DNA of 63,927 bases, counting the filler, from Guillardia theta CCMP2712 (taxonomy: Eukaryota; Protista; Cryptophyta), in NCBI RefSeq assembly GCF_000315625.1. It is 6 parts of 6 records of this genome, joined end to end, with 100 filler letters (N's around TTAATTAATTAA, not from the genome) between each part and the next. Parts side by side here need not be neighbours in the genome. Positions count along the whole stretch, not along the records: positions 38,689 to 62,730 come from NW_005434625.1; 5 more parts are not named here. One strand, 5' to 3'. Below, piece by piece: positions 44,302 to 56,608 of this stretch. The position numbers and the translations under genes were made by a program. Numbering within the stretch: position 1 is the first letter of the stretch; each line of letters opens with the position of its first letter. The notes under the pieces were generated by a model. The model was given only the letters and a program-made list of their open reading frames with translations, ran no database searches and was not told where the DNA came from.

Positions 44302-46885
44302 ATGGAGGAAGTGTGGGAAAAGGTTGGTGCCGATGATGTTGATGTTGATGTTGATATCTCTCGACGAGATGTCGAAATACTGTTGAAGATAAGGTCAGGC
44401 CAACAACGATGGCCATCCAGCATGCGGCCAGCCGTGGCCAACAGAGTGATTAAAGGAAGGATTGAGATGCTCGTGTATTATGCTCGTGTATTGTAGATGC
44501 TAGCTTTCCTTGCGACCATGATGTATACCACTGCTGTCTCAACACCTTTTTGACTCCATCCTCCAGGGGGAGAGAGGAGCAGCTTATCGTGATATCATCA
44601 AGAGACAGTGAAACAATGACGGCATCAGCACCTGATCAGCAGGGAAGCTTTAACACGAGCGGGAAGGACAAGGTGGGTGCAGACCTTGCGGTCCAGGACT
44701 GCTTACTGTTGGGGCAGGAGCAAGCGTGGATTCATGGCGACCGCGCAGGAGGAGAAGGCCATAGCACGGAGCATGATCTTTCTGTCACCCAGGACTCGCT
44801 AGAGATCTCGCTAGAGGAGGATGCTAAAGGGCAAGATCGAAGAGGTGGGAGGCACCATCCTGGTGCGTCCAACCCGCGACGTCGGCATGCTGCTGTCCTG
44901 AAGGGCAAGAGGAGGCCACCAAAGAATGTCACGAGCAAGCCGGAGTGGAACAACAATACGTATGTTCACAGCTCACAGCGGCCGAACAGGCATGCCTCCC
45001 TTCTGCGAGACGAGACGAACACGATGGCAGAATGGAAGAGTAGGAAGCAAGCTCCCGAGCAAGAGAAGCAGGGGATGGTGAGGCCAGGCAGTGGGAAACC
45101 CAACACGTCGAGGATGTCGGAAACTAACAAGAAGATTCTGAACGAGATCATCAGTCTGTACAACAAGAAGCCTCCCAAGTCAGGCAGCAAGGATGCGGTC
45201 AACAGGCAGAAGTCGGTGGAGCGGGAGGAGAGCACGAAATCTCCGAGGGGGGTTGTGTTCACGAGGAAAAGATCGACACTGCAGGGAAAGAAGGAAGAGA
45301 GTCAGGTTAGGGCAGGACTTGCCTGCTTGAGGCCCCGCTGAGCTCCTTGTCTTGCAGGTCGTCCTCTCCCCATCTGAGTTCCGATGCCCCAACCATGGCC
45401 ACTCTGTGTTGAGCCATCGCAACGCCGACGAGTTCGACGATGATACCGCAGCGAACAGGAAGGCGCTGACGCCTTACGGCAAGACTCTCCCCGTCTCTCC
45501 AGCAAGACGCCAGTGGTCGGATGAGTTGGGATGCTACGTGTGCCAGTCCCAGGCCCCAACGAGGAGGAGCAGACAAGGGCTGGAAGGAGGGAGCGTGGGG
45601 AGAAGTTCGTTCAACCCAGACGGGAGTGAGCAGCAGCAGCAGCAGCAGCCGACGGGGTTTGACTACCAGGAGTTTGTGAAGGTAAGGAGGAGGGGGTATA
45701 TCTTCCCGAGCTGACGGACTTGGTCGCGTTGCGAGCAGCGGGTGACAAAGGAGTCGGAGGAGAAGCTCGAGTGGATGGCGCAGACGTTTGCCAAGGAGAC
45801 GACGGAGACTAAGGATGTAGCCAACGCTGCCCTGCTGCAGGTCAATGCCGGGCATCCCTGCCCTTCCTCCTTCTGGCCCTCCCTTCATGCCTCCCTCCCT
45901 CCCTCCCTCCCTCCCTCCCTCCCTCCCTCCTTCCCTTCTTCCCTTCTTTCTTCGTTTCATTCTCTCCCCTTTCTCCCTTCCCTCCTTCCCTCCTTCCCTC
46001 CCGCCTCCTTCCCCATCGCCCTGTGATCGACTTGGCGAGCTCTTGTCCAGTTGCTCGCTGGCGCTGCTCTGATCCTGATCGGCGGCTGCCATGATACAGG
46101 TGGAGGCGATGATCCAAGTGTGGGAGAAGGAAATGTTGAGGATCAGAGACAGAGAGAAAGATCTGCATGACAAGGTCCTTCGATCCTTCTCCTCTCCTCT
46201 TCTCCTCCTCTCCTCTCCTCCTCCTCTCCTCTCCTCCTCCTCTGCTCTGCTCTGCTCTGCTCTGCTCTGCTCTGTTCTGCTCTCCGCTTCCTGAATATTC
46301 CATCTCCCGCTGTTCTCCTTTCCTCCTCTCCCTTCCTCCTCCTCCCCTGAAGTCTCCTCCCCCACCAGATCGAGGAGTACAAGAACCTGGCTGATCACAG
46401 ACCGAGCCATGGAAAGAGACTGTCGAGCCACCAGAAGACTGAGATCGTTCACAAGATCGACAGCCTGTCTGCCATGATCCTTGACAGCATCCTCGACGAG
46501 ACTGTCTTTATCCTCCAGGTGTGCATGCCTGACCTGACTCGTCGACTTTGTTGCCTCTGACGAAAGTCCAGGCGCAGGAGGAGGAGGAGAACTTAGGGAG
46601 GGCGATGGAATACGCAAAGTTGCAAGGTGTGCAGTGGTCGTGTCTTGTCTTGTTTGTTGGTGACACGTCGAGCAAGAACAAGACCTTGTGAGGCTCATGG
46701 AAAGCATGAGAATGTCTGAACAAGACATCGTCTCACGAACTTCCATGATGAGCTTCGACAAGTCGAGAGAGGACAGGAGCTACGAGCAGTCTGTGAAATT
46801 CGTGGAGGAGGAGGAGGAGGATGCGACGGCCAGCTCTTCCTTCGTCGACAAGAGCTTTGTTTTGAGGATGCATTCGAACCGGTGA
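44302..46885 (+). CDS. Hypothetical multi-exon protein, disordered N-terminus and coiled-coil C-terminus
   Basis: Consecutive GT-AG-bounded exons (..FDYQEFVK|..NAALLQ|VEAMIQVWEKEML..DLHDK|IEEYKNL..ILDETVFILQ). No family recognised. Confidence 0.55.
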
Positions 46886-47291
46886 GAAAGACTTGCAGTG
46901 TCAGAAGGAAAGAGAGGGAGCAGGGAGAGAAGATGCCAAAGAAAAATGGGTCTGGGCTTGGGAGGAGGAGGGCGGGCAGGAGGAGGAGGAGGAGGAGGAG
47001 GAGGAGGAGGAGGAGGAGGAGGAGGAGGAGGAGGAGGAGGAGGAGGAGGATCAGGAGGAGGAGTTCAAGGTGATGAATGCCCCCTCCCCCTCCCCCGGGA
47101 GACCTACCTCAAGTNNNNNNNNNNNNNNNNNNNNNNNNNNNNNNNNNNNNNNNNNNNNNNNNNNNNNNNNNNNNNNNNNNNNNNNNNNNNNNNNNNNNNN
47201 NNNNNNNNNNNNNNNNNNNNNNNNNNNNNNNNNNNNNNNNNNNNNNNNNNNNNNNNNNNNNNNNNNNNNNNNNNNNNNNNNNNNNNNNNNN

Positions 47292-48800
47292 CTCGTCCCC
47301 TCCTCATCTCTCAATTCATCCTCCCCCCTGCCTCGCTCATTCGCTCTCTCGCTTGCTGCCTCATTCCCTGCCATTCACCCTTCCTCTACCTCCCCCTTCC
47401 CTTCTCTCTCTTCCTTCCCTTCCTCACTGTCCCTCATGCGCTACCTTCGCTTGCCTCCTCCTCTCTAGCTCTTGTCTCGCAGCAATCTGATGAGGACGCA
47501 ACTTCTGCGTCGAGACCTGAAAGGAGACAAGGTGAGAGAATGACCTACAAAGAGGAGGAGGAGGAGTAGGAGGAGTAGGAGAAGTAGTAGTAGTAGTAGG
47601 AGGAGGAGGTCGAGCAGGAGGAGGAGGAGGAGGAGTAGGAGGAGTAGGAGGAGGAGGAGGAGGAGGAGGAGGAGGAGGAGGAGGAGGAGGAGGAGGAGGA
47701 GGAGGAGGAGGAGGAGGAGGAGGAGGAGGAGGAGGAGGAGGAGGTCGACGATGAGGACTAGAGGAGGAGGAGGAGGAGGATGATGAGAGGAATACCATTT
47801 TCCGGGAGTCTCGTATGGTTCATAAGGAATGGAAGAGCTCTTCATCGTTAGGATCATCTAGGAGTCCTCGGGGAACGACGATCTCTCCATTATCATACTG
47901 ATATAAAATAATCCGCTGATGCAAAGCGCAGTTCTCTTCCTTCCTCCCTCCGTCCTCCTCTCCCCTCCTCCTCTCCTCCCGGGGAGCTTCCCCTCTCTTT
48001 TCGCCTCCTGCCTTTCGGCCGGGTTCACCGGTGGGATATCTTCAGCGATCCGAAGCTCCGGCATCTTATCTGCTCCAGCTACTTCGCTTTCCTGGGTCTG
48101 AACTTGTAAGGTCAGACGCGCTCCTTGCCTCCTTCATCTACTGTTTCCTCCTCCCTCCTCTTCCCTACCTCCTTCCCCATCTTCCCTCCCCTCTCCCTCC
48201 TTTCGTCCTCTGTTTTGTTTCCTCCTTATCATTCCTCCCTTCCTCGTGTTCCCTATCCCCTCCCCCTCCTCCCCCTCCTCCTTCCCGGCCCTCCTCGTCT
48301 CTCACCATGTTTGTCGCCTTGTCATCTCTGTCAACAGCGTCAGTCGCACTTCCATGCCAAACTTCCTCTCACCTGGCGTCCAACAGTTTCCTCTCCTCCC
48401 GCGACGCCTGCACCTGAGCCGAAATTCACTCTCGTCCCCTCCTCATCTCTCAATTCATCCTCCCCCCTGCCTCGCTCATTCGCTCTCTCGCTTGCTGCCT
48501 CATTCCCTGCCATTCACCCTTCCTCTACCTCCCCCTTCCCTTCTCTCTCTTCCTTCCCTTCCTCACTGTCCCTCATGCGCTACCTTCGCTTGCCTCCTCC
48601 TCTCTAGCTCTTGTCTCGCAGCAATCTGATGAGGACGCAACTTCTGCGTCGAGACCTGAAAGGAGACAAGGTGAGAGAATGACCTACAAAGAGGAGGAGG
48701 AGGAGTAGGAGGAGTAGGAGAAGTAGTAGTAGTAGTAGGAGGAGGAGGTCGAGCAGGAGGAGGAGGAGGAGGAGTAGGAGGAGTAGGAGGAGGAGGAGGA
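47292..48800. repeat. ~360-bp direct duplication (47292-~47660 and 48431-~48800)
   Basis: Identical sequence at 1139-bp offset; the first copy abuts a gap. Confidence 0.8.
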
Positions 48801-49351
48801 GGGTGGGGGGGGTGTTGAGGAGGGTGGTGGGTTCGGTGAAGAGGATGGTGATGAGGGTCACGAGGGCGACATGGAGAAGGACATGTAGAAGAAGGCGATG
48901 ATGATGGGATTCCCCTCCCTCCTCCCAGCGAATATCCACCGCCGATCACGATCCCAACACTGACCACGGTCTGCATGCACATAACTCTTAGTTGAGGACC
49001 TCCCTGATGTACCTCCTCCCTACCGTCAACGAGATGATTTCGTCAAACCTCCAGCCTCCGTCTGTTACCCAGAACCGACAAATCCTACGTACGATCTGCT
49101 TGTCAGAAGAGGCTCCTCTATGCCCCCTGAGACTCCAAGAGATCCGGCACAGATGCTGAGCCGCGTGTGTCTAACCTCCNNNNNNNNNNNNNNNNNNNNN
49201 NNNNNNNNNNNNNNNNNNNNNNNNNNNNNNNNNNNNNNNNNNNNNNNNNNNNNNNNNNNNNNNNNNNNNNNNNNNNNNNCTCTCACCTTCTTCCTTCTTT
49301 CTCCCCATCTTCTTCTCCTGCTCCTCCTTTCCAATTCACTCTTCCACCTGA

Positions 49352-49404
<53 letters not shown>

Positions 49405-49409
49405 CCCTA

Positions 49410-50425
49410 CCGAGCATGTTGGCATATTGGCAGATGGCGGTCACGTGCTTGGGTTCGGCCTCTATCGCTCTCTCGTACATCTTGGCTGCCGTCTCGTAGT
49501 CCTGGTACCCCTCCTGCTTCCTTCTCAGCTCGACTCCAGCTGAGACTCACTGACCTCGAGCAGCATGGCGTAGTTGCAGAGTGGAATGGTTGGCATCCAG
49601 CTGAAGAAGCAGTAAGAGGAGGAGGAGAGGAGCGAGATAGAGGTAGAGGTAGAGGTAGAGGTAGAGATAGAGGTAGAGGTAGAGGTAGAGGTAGAGGCAG
49701 AGGTAGAGGTAGAGGTAGAGGTAGAGGTAGAGGTAGAGGTAGAGGTGGAGGTGGAAGAATGACCTGCAGCGCTTTCTTGAACATCGCCTCGGCTCCTGGC
49801 TTGTCTTGCTTGGCGTCATAGAGCAGGTGACCGTAGTTCGCCAGTACCTGCTCATCATGAGCGGAGAGAGGAGCCAACAAGACGAGAGAAAGAGGGAGAG
49901 AGAAAAGATGGAGAGCAGGAATGTTGTGGAAGAAGTAGGAGAGAAGCACGAGAAGGAGGAAGGGGAAGAGGTTGAGAGATAGGGAGAGGGAGCTGGATCT
50001 GGAGTGGGCGAGAGATAGGATGAGAAGGAGGAACAGGAAGAAGAGAAGGAGTAGGAGGAAGAGCAAGAAAAACTCACAGTCGGGTCGTTCGGAATAAACT
50101 TCATCGCAACCTTGTAATTTTCTTCAGCTGCTGCATACTTTTGTTGTATCTGGCGATAATCATCACTCCCTACTCCGACTGCCCTCTCCCTTCCCCACTC
50201 TTGCCTCCCCTTCTCTGCATCCCTCCATTCTCCCCCCTCTCGCCTCGTCCCTCATCTCCCCTTTCTCTCCTCTTCTCTCCCCGTCCTCTTTCTCCCCCTC
50301 CCTCCCTCCCCTTCATGTTTCCTTGACTCGACTTCTCACGCCCTTACCGAATGTTGCAAGACAGCGATAAACCCGTAGGATGGCCCATGCATGGGCTCCA
50401 CCTATAAGTGAAAAGTTAATAATCC

Positions 50426-50509
<84 letters not shown>

Positions 50510-52299
50510 CCTCGTCCTCGTCCTCCTCCCTAGCACTTCTCTCGTGCCCACTTCCATCCTCCATCACCATCACGCCCTCCTCATCCTCACTCACTTCGAC
50601 AGCTCTTTGGTAGTACTGCTCTGCTAGCGAGTAGTTGGCGCATGTCGCTTGAACGATCAGCCCCTTGTTGCAGAGCGTGTTCACATGCTTAGGGTCCAAC
50701 TCAAGCACCTGTGGAGCAGCATCAGCCTCCTTCTCCTCCTCTTGCTGGCAGAGTTTGCGCAACCTCCTCCTCCTAACCTCCTTCTGTCATGCTCTCTTCC
50801 TCTCTCCATCCTGCCCTGCACTTCCCTCGTGCTCTTGATTCTTCCTCTCCTCACCTACCTGTCTCTTCGTCTCCTTGATAACGCCTGCTGTACCCCCTCC
50901 TCCCCTCCCCCTTCCCCTCGTCTCCTTCCCGCCTCCTCCTCATCTTCTCCATCTCACCATATCGTACATCTTCTCCGCGTTGGTGTAGTCCTGGTGAACT
51001 TTCCCCAAGAAGGTCGCAAAGTGCGAGAGGGCCTCTGGATGACGCGGCTCCAGCATCAGCGCTTGTGACATCATGCGCTCGGCTGCATTGTAGTCCTTCG
51101 TGACCTGCAGCAAGCGCTTAGGTGGTGGAGGAGGAGGAGGAGGAGAAGAAGCTGGAATGGAGTCAGGATGGGGACCAGGCCGAGGAAGGGGAGGCAGAGA
51201 AAGGAAAAGGGGAACAAGGAGAAAGCAGGACGAGGAAGGAGTTCTGAAAGCTACCTCTTGCTTAAGAAGGCCATAGAATGCAAGAGCATTGACATGCTGC
51301 GGATCAATCTGCAAACACCTCTGGAAGTGCTTCTCAGCCTTATCGTACTTCTTGCAAGCATCGTCGAGGTAGAGGCCGCCCAGGTAGCAGTGGGTTTCAG
51401 CACTGTCAGGATCGATTTCCAGAGCTCTAGTGAACAGCTCATGTGCTTGATCGAGGTCTCGGTCCCTTGAGTGGAGGAAGTGGGCGAAACTGGAAGGAGG
51501 AGTTAGTGAATGAGAGGAGGAAGGAAAGTTGAAGGAGGAGGTGCGGTTGGATGAGGATGCTATAAGAATATGATGATGAGAGAACAAGAAAGAACAAGCA
51601 AGAATCAAACACGGGGTGTGAAGCATGATGACGACGATGATGAAGGTTGAGGATGTTGTTATTGCTCTCAAGGATGAAGTGTGCGATGACAAGAATGCTT
51701 GCGAACCTTGACATGGAGCGAGAGTGTTGCGGGTCAATCTCAAGAGCCCTCTCAAACAGGGCCCTTGCCTGATCTGCATCGCCGTGCATCCGCATCAGCG
51801 TCAGCCCCCGCTGGCTCAGATGCTCTGGGGTGTTGTGGTCGTACAAAGTCAGCTTCGTCCTCCCCGGTGACTGCATGCGGTGTAGACATGCCGTCGTCTC
51901 GTTGTCGAACTGCACCCTCCACGTGCACCGTCTCCCTCCATCCGCACACTCGGCCGCGTTTTCGCAGCTCTCCTCCCCCACCACCACCCCAACTTTCCCC
52001 GCGTGCTCCTGCAACTTTATCTTCTCCGTCGGGACATGCAGGACAACCACTTGAGACCCGACCTGGATCCTCCCCTCCCCTTGCTCTGCCCCCTCCTCGG
52101 AGCCCGCAGCTCCCTCTCCTCCACGTAGCCGCACGACAACGCAATTTCTGTCCTCCCCCGACAACATCAACGCTGCCCAGCCGCCCCCTGTTCGAGCATG
52201 CTGGCATGCACCGCCAGAGACCAGCGCTCGAGGATGCAGGCTGCTCTGGCACAGACCGGCAAGGAGCAGCTGTATGAGCACAGGACGCAACCTCTTCAT
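49410..52299 (-). CDS. TPR-repeat protein with signal peptide, RLRGG motif and SH3/KOW-like segment; multi-exon, 3' end beyond gap
   Basis: Repeats ARALFERALEIDPQH, AHELFTRALEIDPDS, AEKHFQRCLQIDPQH, AERMMSQALMLEPRH, MYERAIEAEPKH; hydrophobic leader VLIQLLLAGLCQS. Confidence 0.88.
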
Positions 52300-54621
52300 C
52301 CTCCGATCAAGTCAGCACAACCTTGTCATATCACAGCTTTGCTCGTGGAGTCAACCACCAGGGTCAGAATTCCATCGATCTGCTGTGACCAGCGAGAAGC
52401 CTCCTCCTCCTGAAAGCTCAGTCAGCTTTCCAGCACAGGAAATCTATCTCTCGTCGTGTTCCCCATTCTCCTCCTCCTCCTCCTCCTCCTCCTCTCATCT
52501 CAAGATTCACCTCCACCTTCTATCTGATGTGTATGTACCTCCTATGCGCCCCCCATCCTCGTAAGTGATGTAGCTCCATCACATCCATGAAATAGTGGTA
52601 ATCAATACTATTCCCTGTCTTCTTCATGTCTGTCACTCCTTCAGCAAATTCCTTCCTCAACCCTTTCATCATCATTGCTTCGTCTCCGTTCCTGTCTCTG
52701 TCTCTGTCTCTGTCTCTGTCTCTGTCTCCGTCTCCGTCTCTGTCCCTTCTTCTGCCCCAGCCTCTTCCTCTACATCTTCCTCCATCTTCTCTCCCCACTC
52801 TTCGCCTGCTCTCTCGCGCTCTCCATCACTTCCTTGCTTGCCTTGTACACTCCTACACATCTTCCTGCATTCCCGGCCTCCCGCTACTACCCCACCCTCG
52901 AATTGAGTCCTCTTCCCATATTGCCCCTAGAGAACCCCTCCAATTGTGGATCCCACCCCAGTATCATTACGTTCTTTTCAGATCGATTGAGGGTTATTTT
53001 CGTACCCCTACCCCCTCTCCAATACTACCTACCCCAGCGCAAACTTTTGGCATACCCCAACTCAATGTTTGGTTACCCTACCCCCCTATTTTTATGATTT
53101 TCTTGGTATTGTATACCGGTACTAAACTTACCCCACCCTCAGATCAGCTTCATGGTCTTATGTATTGGATCCTGGATGACGAGGTAAGAGGGAGGAGGGG
53201 GAGGAGAGAGCGAGAGCGAGAGCGAGAGCGAGAGGGGAGGAGGAGGAGGAGGAGGAGGAGGAGGAGGAGGAGGAGGAGTACGCATGAATGGAGAAGAAGA
53301 CGGAAAGGACGATGAGAGCGATGAGGAGGGAGTTTGGTTTCATGGGAATCAAGTAGCAGTGAAGATCGCTCGTCTCAGCAAGTCAGACCTTGTTAGATCT
53401 CATGCGGATCTTTCGCGTGACTTTCTCTATCCTCTGTTCGTCTTCCTTATGCTGATGACTTTGTAGCAGCCGATCCAGTGCTATTATCCTCGACAACAGA
53501 CAGTCCGCTGACATCTGTGACTGTCATCCTAGGAGAAGAACGATTGGAGATGAGCGGCAAAGGTAGTCTGAACTTTGATCACAATGCAGAGCTACATAGT
53601 AAAACACATAGCATAGAATCAGAGGGCCACTGAAATATCTTCAATCGTGCATTTTAAGGCATCACGGAGAGTGTGCGACGTCGTTCATGCTGCTGGGGAG
53701 CAGAAGAACGCGATCGAGGCCGGGCAGCTGTGAAGCTTCTGTTGGCGTTGCCGGTCGCAAGGGATGTTGACCTACCGCAACCTCTCGTGCATTCCCTGAC
53801 AACACGTCCCAATGCTGCATGGCGGCTGGTGAGGCTTGCCATGCCGGGCCTCCACCTTCCTAGTCTCTCAGGCGTTTCGAGCTTGTACCCTGTTTGCACA
53901 GACCAGACTGACCACTGATTGGGTGACCGCGTCACAACGATGAAAGTAGACGGTCTGATCCGAGTGACAACTCAGTTCACAAAGTGATATCATCAGTATC
54001 AAGCCGAACCGACTCTGAATCTCTCCCTGGGCCAGAAGTCCGAGCTCCGGCGAACCCAGGCGATATCGCAGGCTAGATGACGGGACGGGCTGCTGCTACT
54101 TCAGGGATGCTCTAGCAATGCTCTAGCAATCGCAAGCATTCCGGACCTTCTGTTTTGTCATTACATACTGGCCGCACACTACTCAGTGATCATCCGATCA
54201 TGCTGCCTGCCCGATGCTTCAAGCAACTCAGTTCAGTTCTGGCAAACTGGCGCGGCGATCGGACCGTTCAAGGGCCCGGCGGCGGTGCGCCGCGTTCCGA
54301 AGTTCACTGAGGGCCCGAGCGGCCCGGCGGCGGTGCTACGGTGCGTGTCACCCGGACAGTGTGGCCCGGGCCGGGCCTGCTCCTGGCCGCCGTAACAAGT
54401 CTCGGAACGACCTGACCGTTACATAAAAACGGTCCACAGGACATACGCGGCCGCCGATGGCAGGAGAGGGAAAGTAGAGGAGGGGGAGAGGAGACAGAAG
54501 AGGAAGAGGACGACAGGAGCACACGATCCTTTCACAAGAGCACGTGAACGATCTCCTGCTTGAACGCTCGCTTCCACCAGAATCCTAGCATCCCTTAAGT
54601 TGGGCACCGGGGGTCTCGAGC

Positions 54622-56190
54622 ATGGTACGCGGTTGCGAGAGATGGCATGTTTGTCTCGTTCTCCTCAGCCTTGTTGGAGTGTCATGGGCGCTGAACTCCC
54701 GCATGCTGATGAAGGATATGGATCCAACAGAGGAGCTCCTTCAGGAGATGGGTGCGCAGGAGTATGAAGAGTTCCAACAGCGGATTGCAAACCTCAATCG
54801 TACCGATGTGTTCGACAAGGCTATGGCGGGCAGCCATCAAGCAGAGTTCTTGATGGGGCTGATCTTGTCTGTGGAAGGAAAGGATCAGGAATCCCTCGAA
54901 TGGCTCTCCAAGTCTGCCAAACAGGGGAACTCCCATGCAATGTACAGCCTCGCAGAGACGATCCTGAGGGACAAGTGCGGCAGCGCGGACGAGGCATGCA
55001 TGTGGATGCGAGAGTCGGCGGCGAGTGTGTGCGACATCAAGGGATTCGCTGATCGGAACTTGGCGTGTCAATTTGAGCTAGAAGGAAGAGTCCTCGAGCT
55101 GGTTCGCGATGACGTGAACCCTCTTCAGCTGCGTCAAGTGGTTGCAAAGGAATCAGGGGAGGTGGTCTGGGACGCGAGCAGCAAGAACTCGTCCAAGAGT
55201 CTCAACTCGCTGCTCAACAAGGCTGTTCCGGTCGAAAATAATGGGAGGAAACAATCAATCCCCAATTACGTCGCATGCTCCTCGGCCGAGACGTTCATCA
55301 ACGTGGACAACATCGTGACTAGGGGCATACAGGAGTTGCGCTCCCACGTGGACATCGCTCGAGGGTTCGCGAAGCTCATGGGGAAGGACTCGAGAGCGAC
55401 GACAGACGAGACGGTCGCAGGAGTGCTGATGACTCTGATGATGAACTTTGACGACAACAACCGTCAACAGTTCAACACATACGTGACCTCCGTCCCAACT
55501 TGGACCAACGCGCTCAAGTACATCGAGAAGAAAGTGAGTGAGGGTCATGGGTACTACACTGCTATCCTCTCTGTGCTGCTCAGGAGGGGGATGGGAGTGG
55601 AGAAGAACGAGGCCAAGGCCTTTGACCTTGCGCTCAAGGCTGCTAAGCTTGAGGTGCCCGAGGCCATGTGCAACGTAGGAGTGATGCTGGAGCAAGGCGT
55701 CGGGACTAAAGTGAACCTGGGAGAGGCCAAGCTCTGGTACGAGAAGGCAGTGAAGGCAGGCGACGATCAGGCCATGGCCAACCTGGGGTCTCTCTACGAG
55801 CGGGGAGAGGGAGGAGTGAAGGCAAACATCAAGCAGGCCTTGGCTCTCTACCGCAAGGCTGCAGACCTGGGCAACGGTGCAGCCATGAACAACATTGGAA
55901 GGCTGTACGCCCTTGGATTGGGTGTGAAGCAAGACTACATCGAGGCAAGGAGATGGTTCAGGAAGGCTGTTGAGGTGCCTTCCCCTGTCTTTGTCTTCAG
56001 CAACGAGCAGTTTCGCAACCAGATCAACCTCAAGGAAGCCAAGTTCGACCTCAGCGATGTCCCGGGCAGGAACCCCCCGAAAGAAGCCTTGTTCAACCTC
56101 GGGGTCTTGTACGAGCGAGGCCATGGAGTGAAGGTGAACAAGAAGGTTGCTTCTCAATGGTACGGCCGAGCTGCCTACATCTTTCAGTAA
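54622..56190 (+). CDS. Sel1-like repeat protein with signal peptide, intronless
   Basis: AMCNVGVMLEQGVG..WYEKA, AMANLGSLYERGEGG..LYRKAA, AMNNIGRLYALGLG..WFRKA, ALFNLGVLYERGHG; leader LVLLSLVGVSWA. Confidence 0.92.
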   Translation: MVRGCERWHVCLVLLSLVGVSWALNSRMLMKDMDPTEELLQEMGAQEYEEFQQRIANLNRTDVFDKAMAGSHQAEFLMGLILSVEGKDQESLEWLSKSAKQGNSHAMYSLAETILRDKCGSADEACMWMRESAASVCDIKGFADRNLACQFELEGRVLELVRDDVNPLQLRQVVAKESGEVVWDASSKNSSKSLNSLLNKAVPVENNGRKQSIPNYVACSSAETFINVDNIVTRGIQELRSHVDIARGFAKLMGKDSRATTDETVAGVLMTLMMNFDDNNRQQFNTYVTSVPTWTNALKYIEKKVSEGHGYYTAILSVLLRRGMGVEKNEAKAFDLALKAAKLEVPEAMCNVGVMLEQGVGTKVNLGEAKLWYEKAVKAGDDQAMANLGSLYERGEGGVKANIKQALALYRKAADLGNGAAMNNIGRLYALGLGVKQDYIEARRWFRKAVEVPSPVFVFSNEQFRNQINLKEAKFDLSDVPGRNPPKEALFNLGVLYERGHGVKVNKKVASQWYGRAAYIFQ

Positions 56191-56608
56191 ATGTTGCCGA
56201 ACAACTCCCCCCCCCCGCCCGCCAACTCCCCGCACTCCTTCCCTCCTAGTCTTCATACTGTGATAGTCCTGCTGGCTTGTCCGACTCGACGTTGCTGCTC
56301 CTCGTCCTGCATCTTCCTCAGAACCGCGAGCTGTAGACTCTATCGGCCGATGAAGTCAGTGACTTCTTCTTGCACTCCCACATCAGAGTGCGTCTGAGTG
56401 GTGATTGCCAACGTGCACTGAATCTGTAGATCTACAGCTTTATTACAACGATCTTTCATACAACGTCAACACAAAGTTCAAGGATGATCTAACTGCGGTT
56501 GTGCTACTCCTTGCAAGTCTTCCAGTGGACGAGCATGTCAAGCTTGTCAAGCTTGGAAAGCTCAACCTCAACCATGGTAAAATTTGCAGCTTCCCATCAA
56601 TATCCTGC

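Noticed and set aside
47292-48800. 360-bp direct duplication as a biological repeat
   Set aside because: Identical, adjacent to a gap and ending in GGA runs, so probably mis-assembly; needs reads to confirm.
52520-53935. Possible small exons around the 52.9-kb island
   Set aside because: No coherent gene model or recognisable domain could be built.
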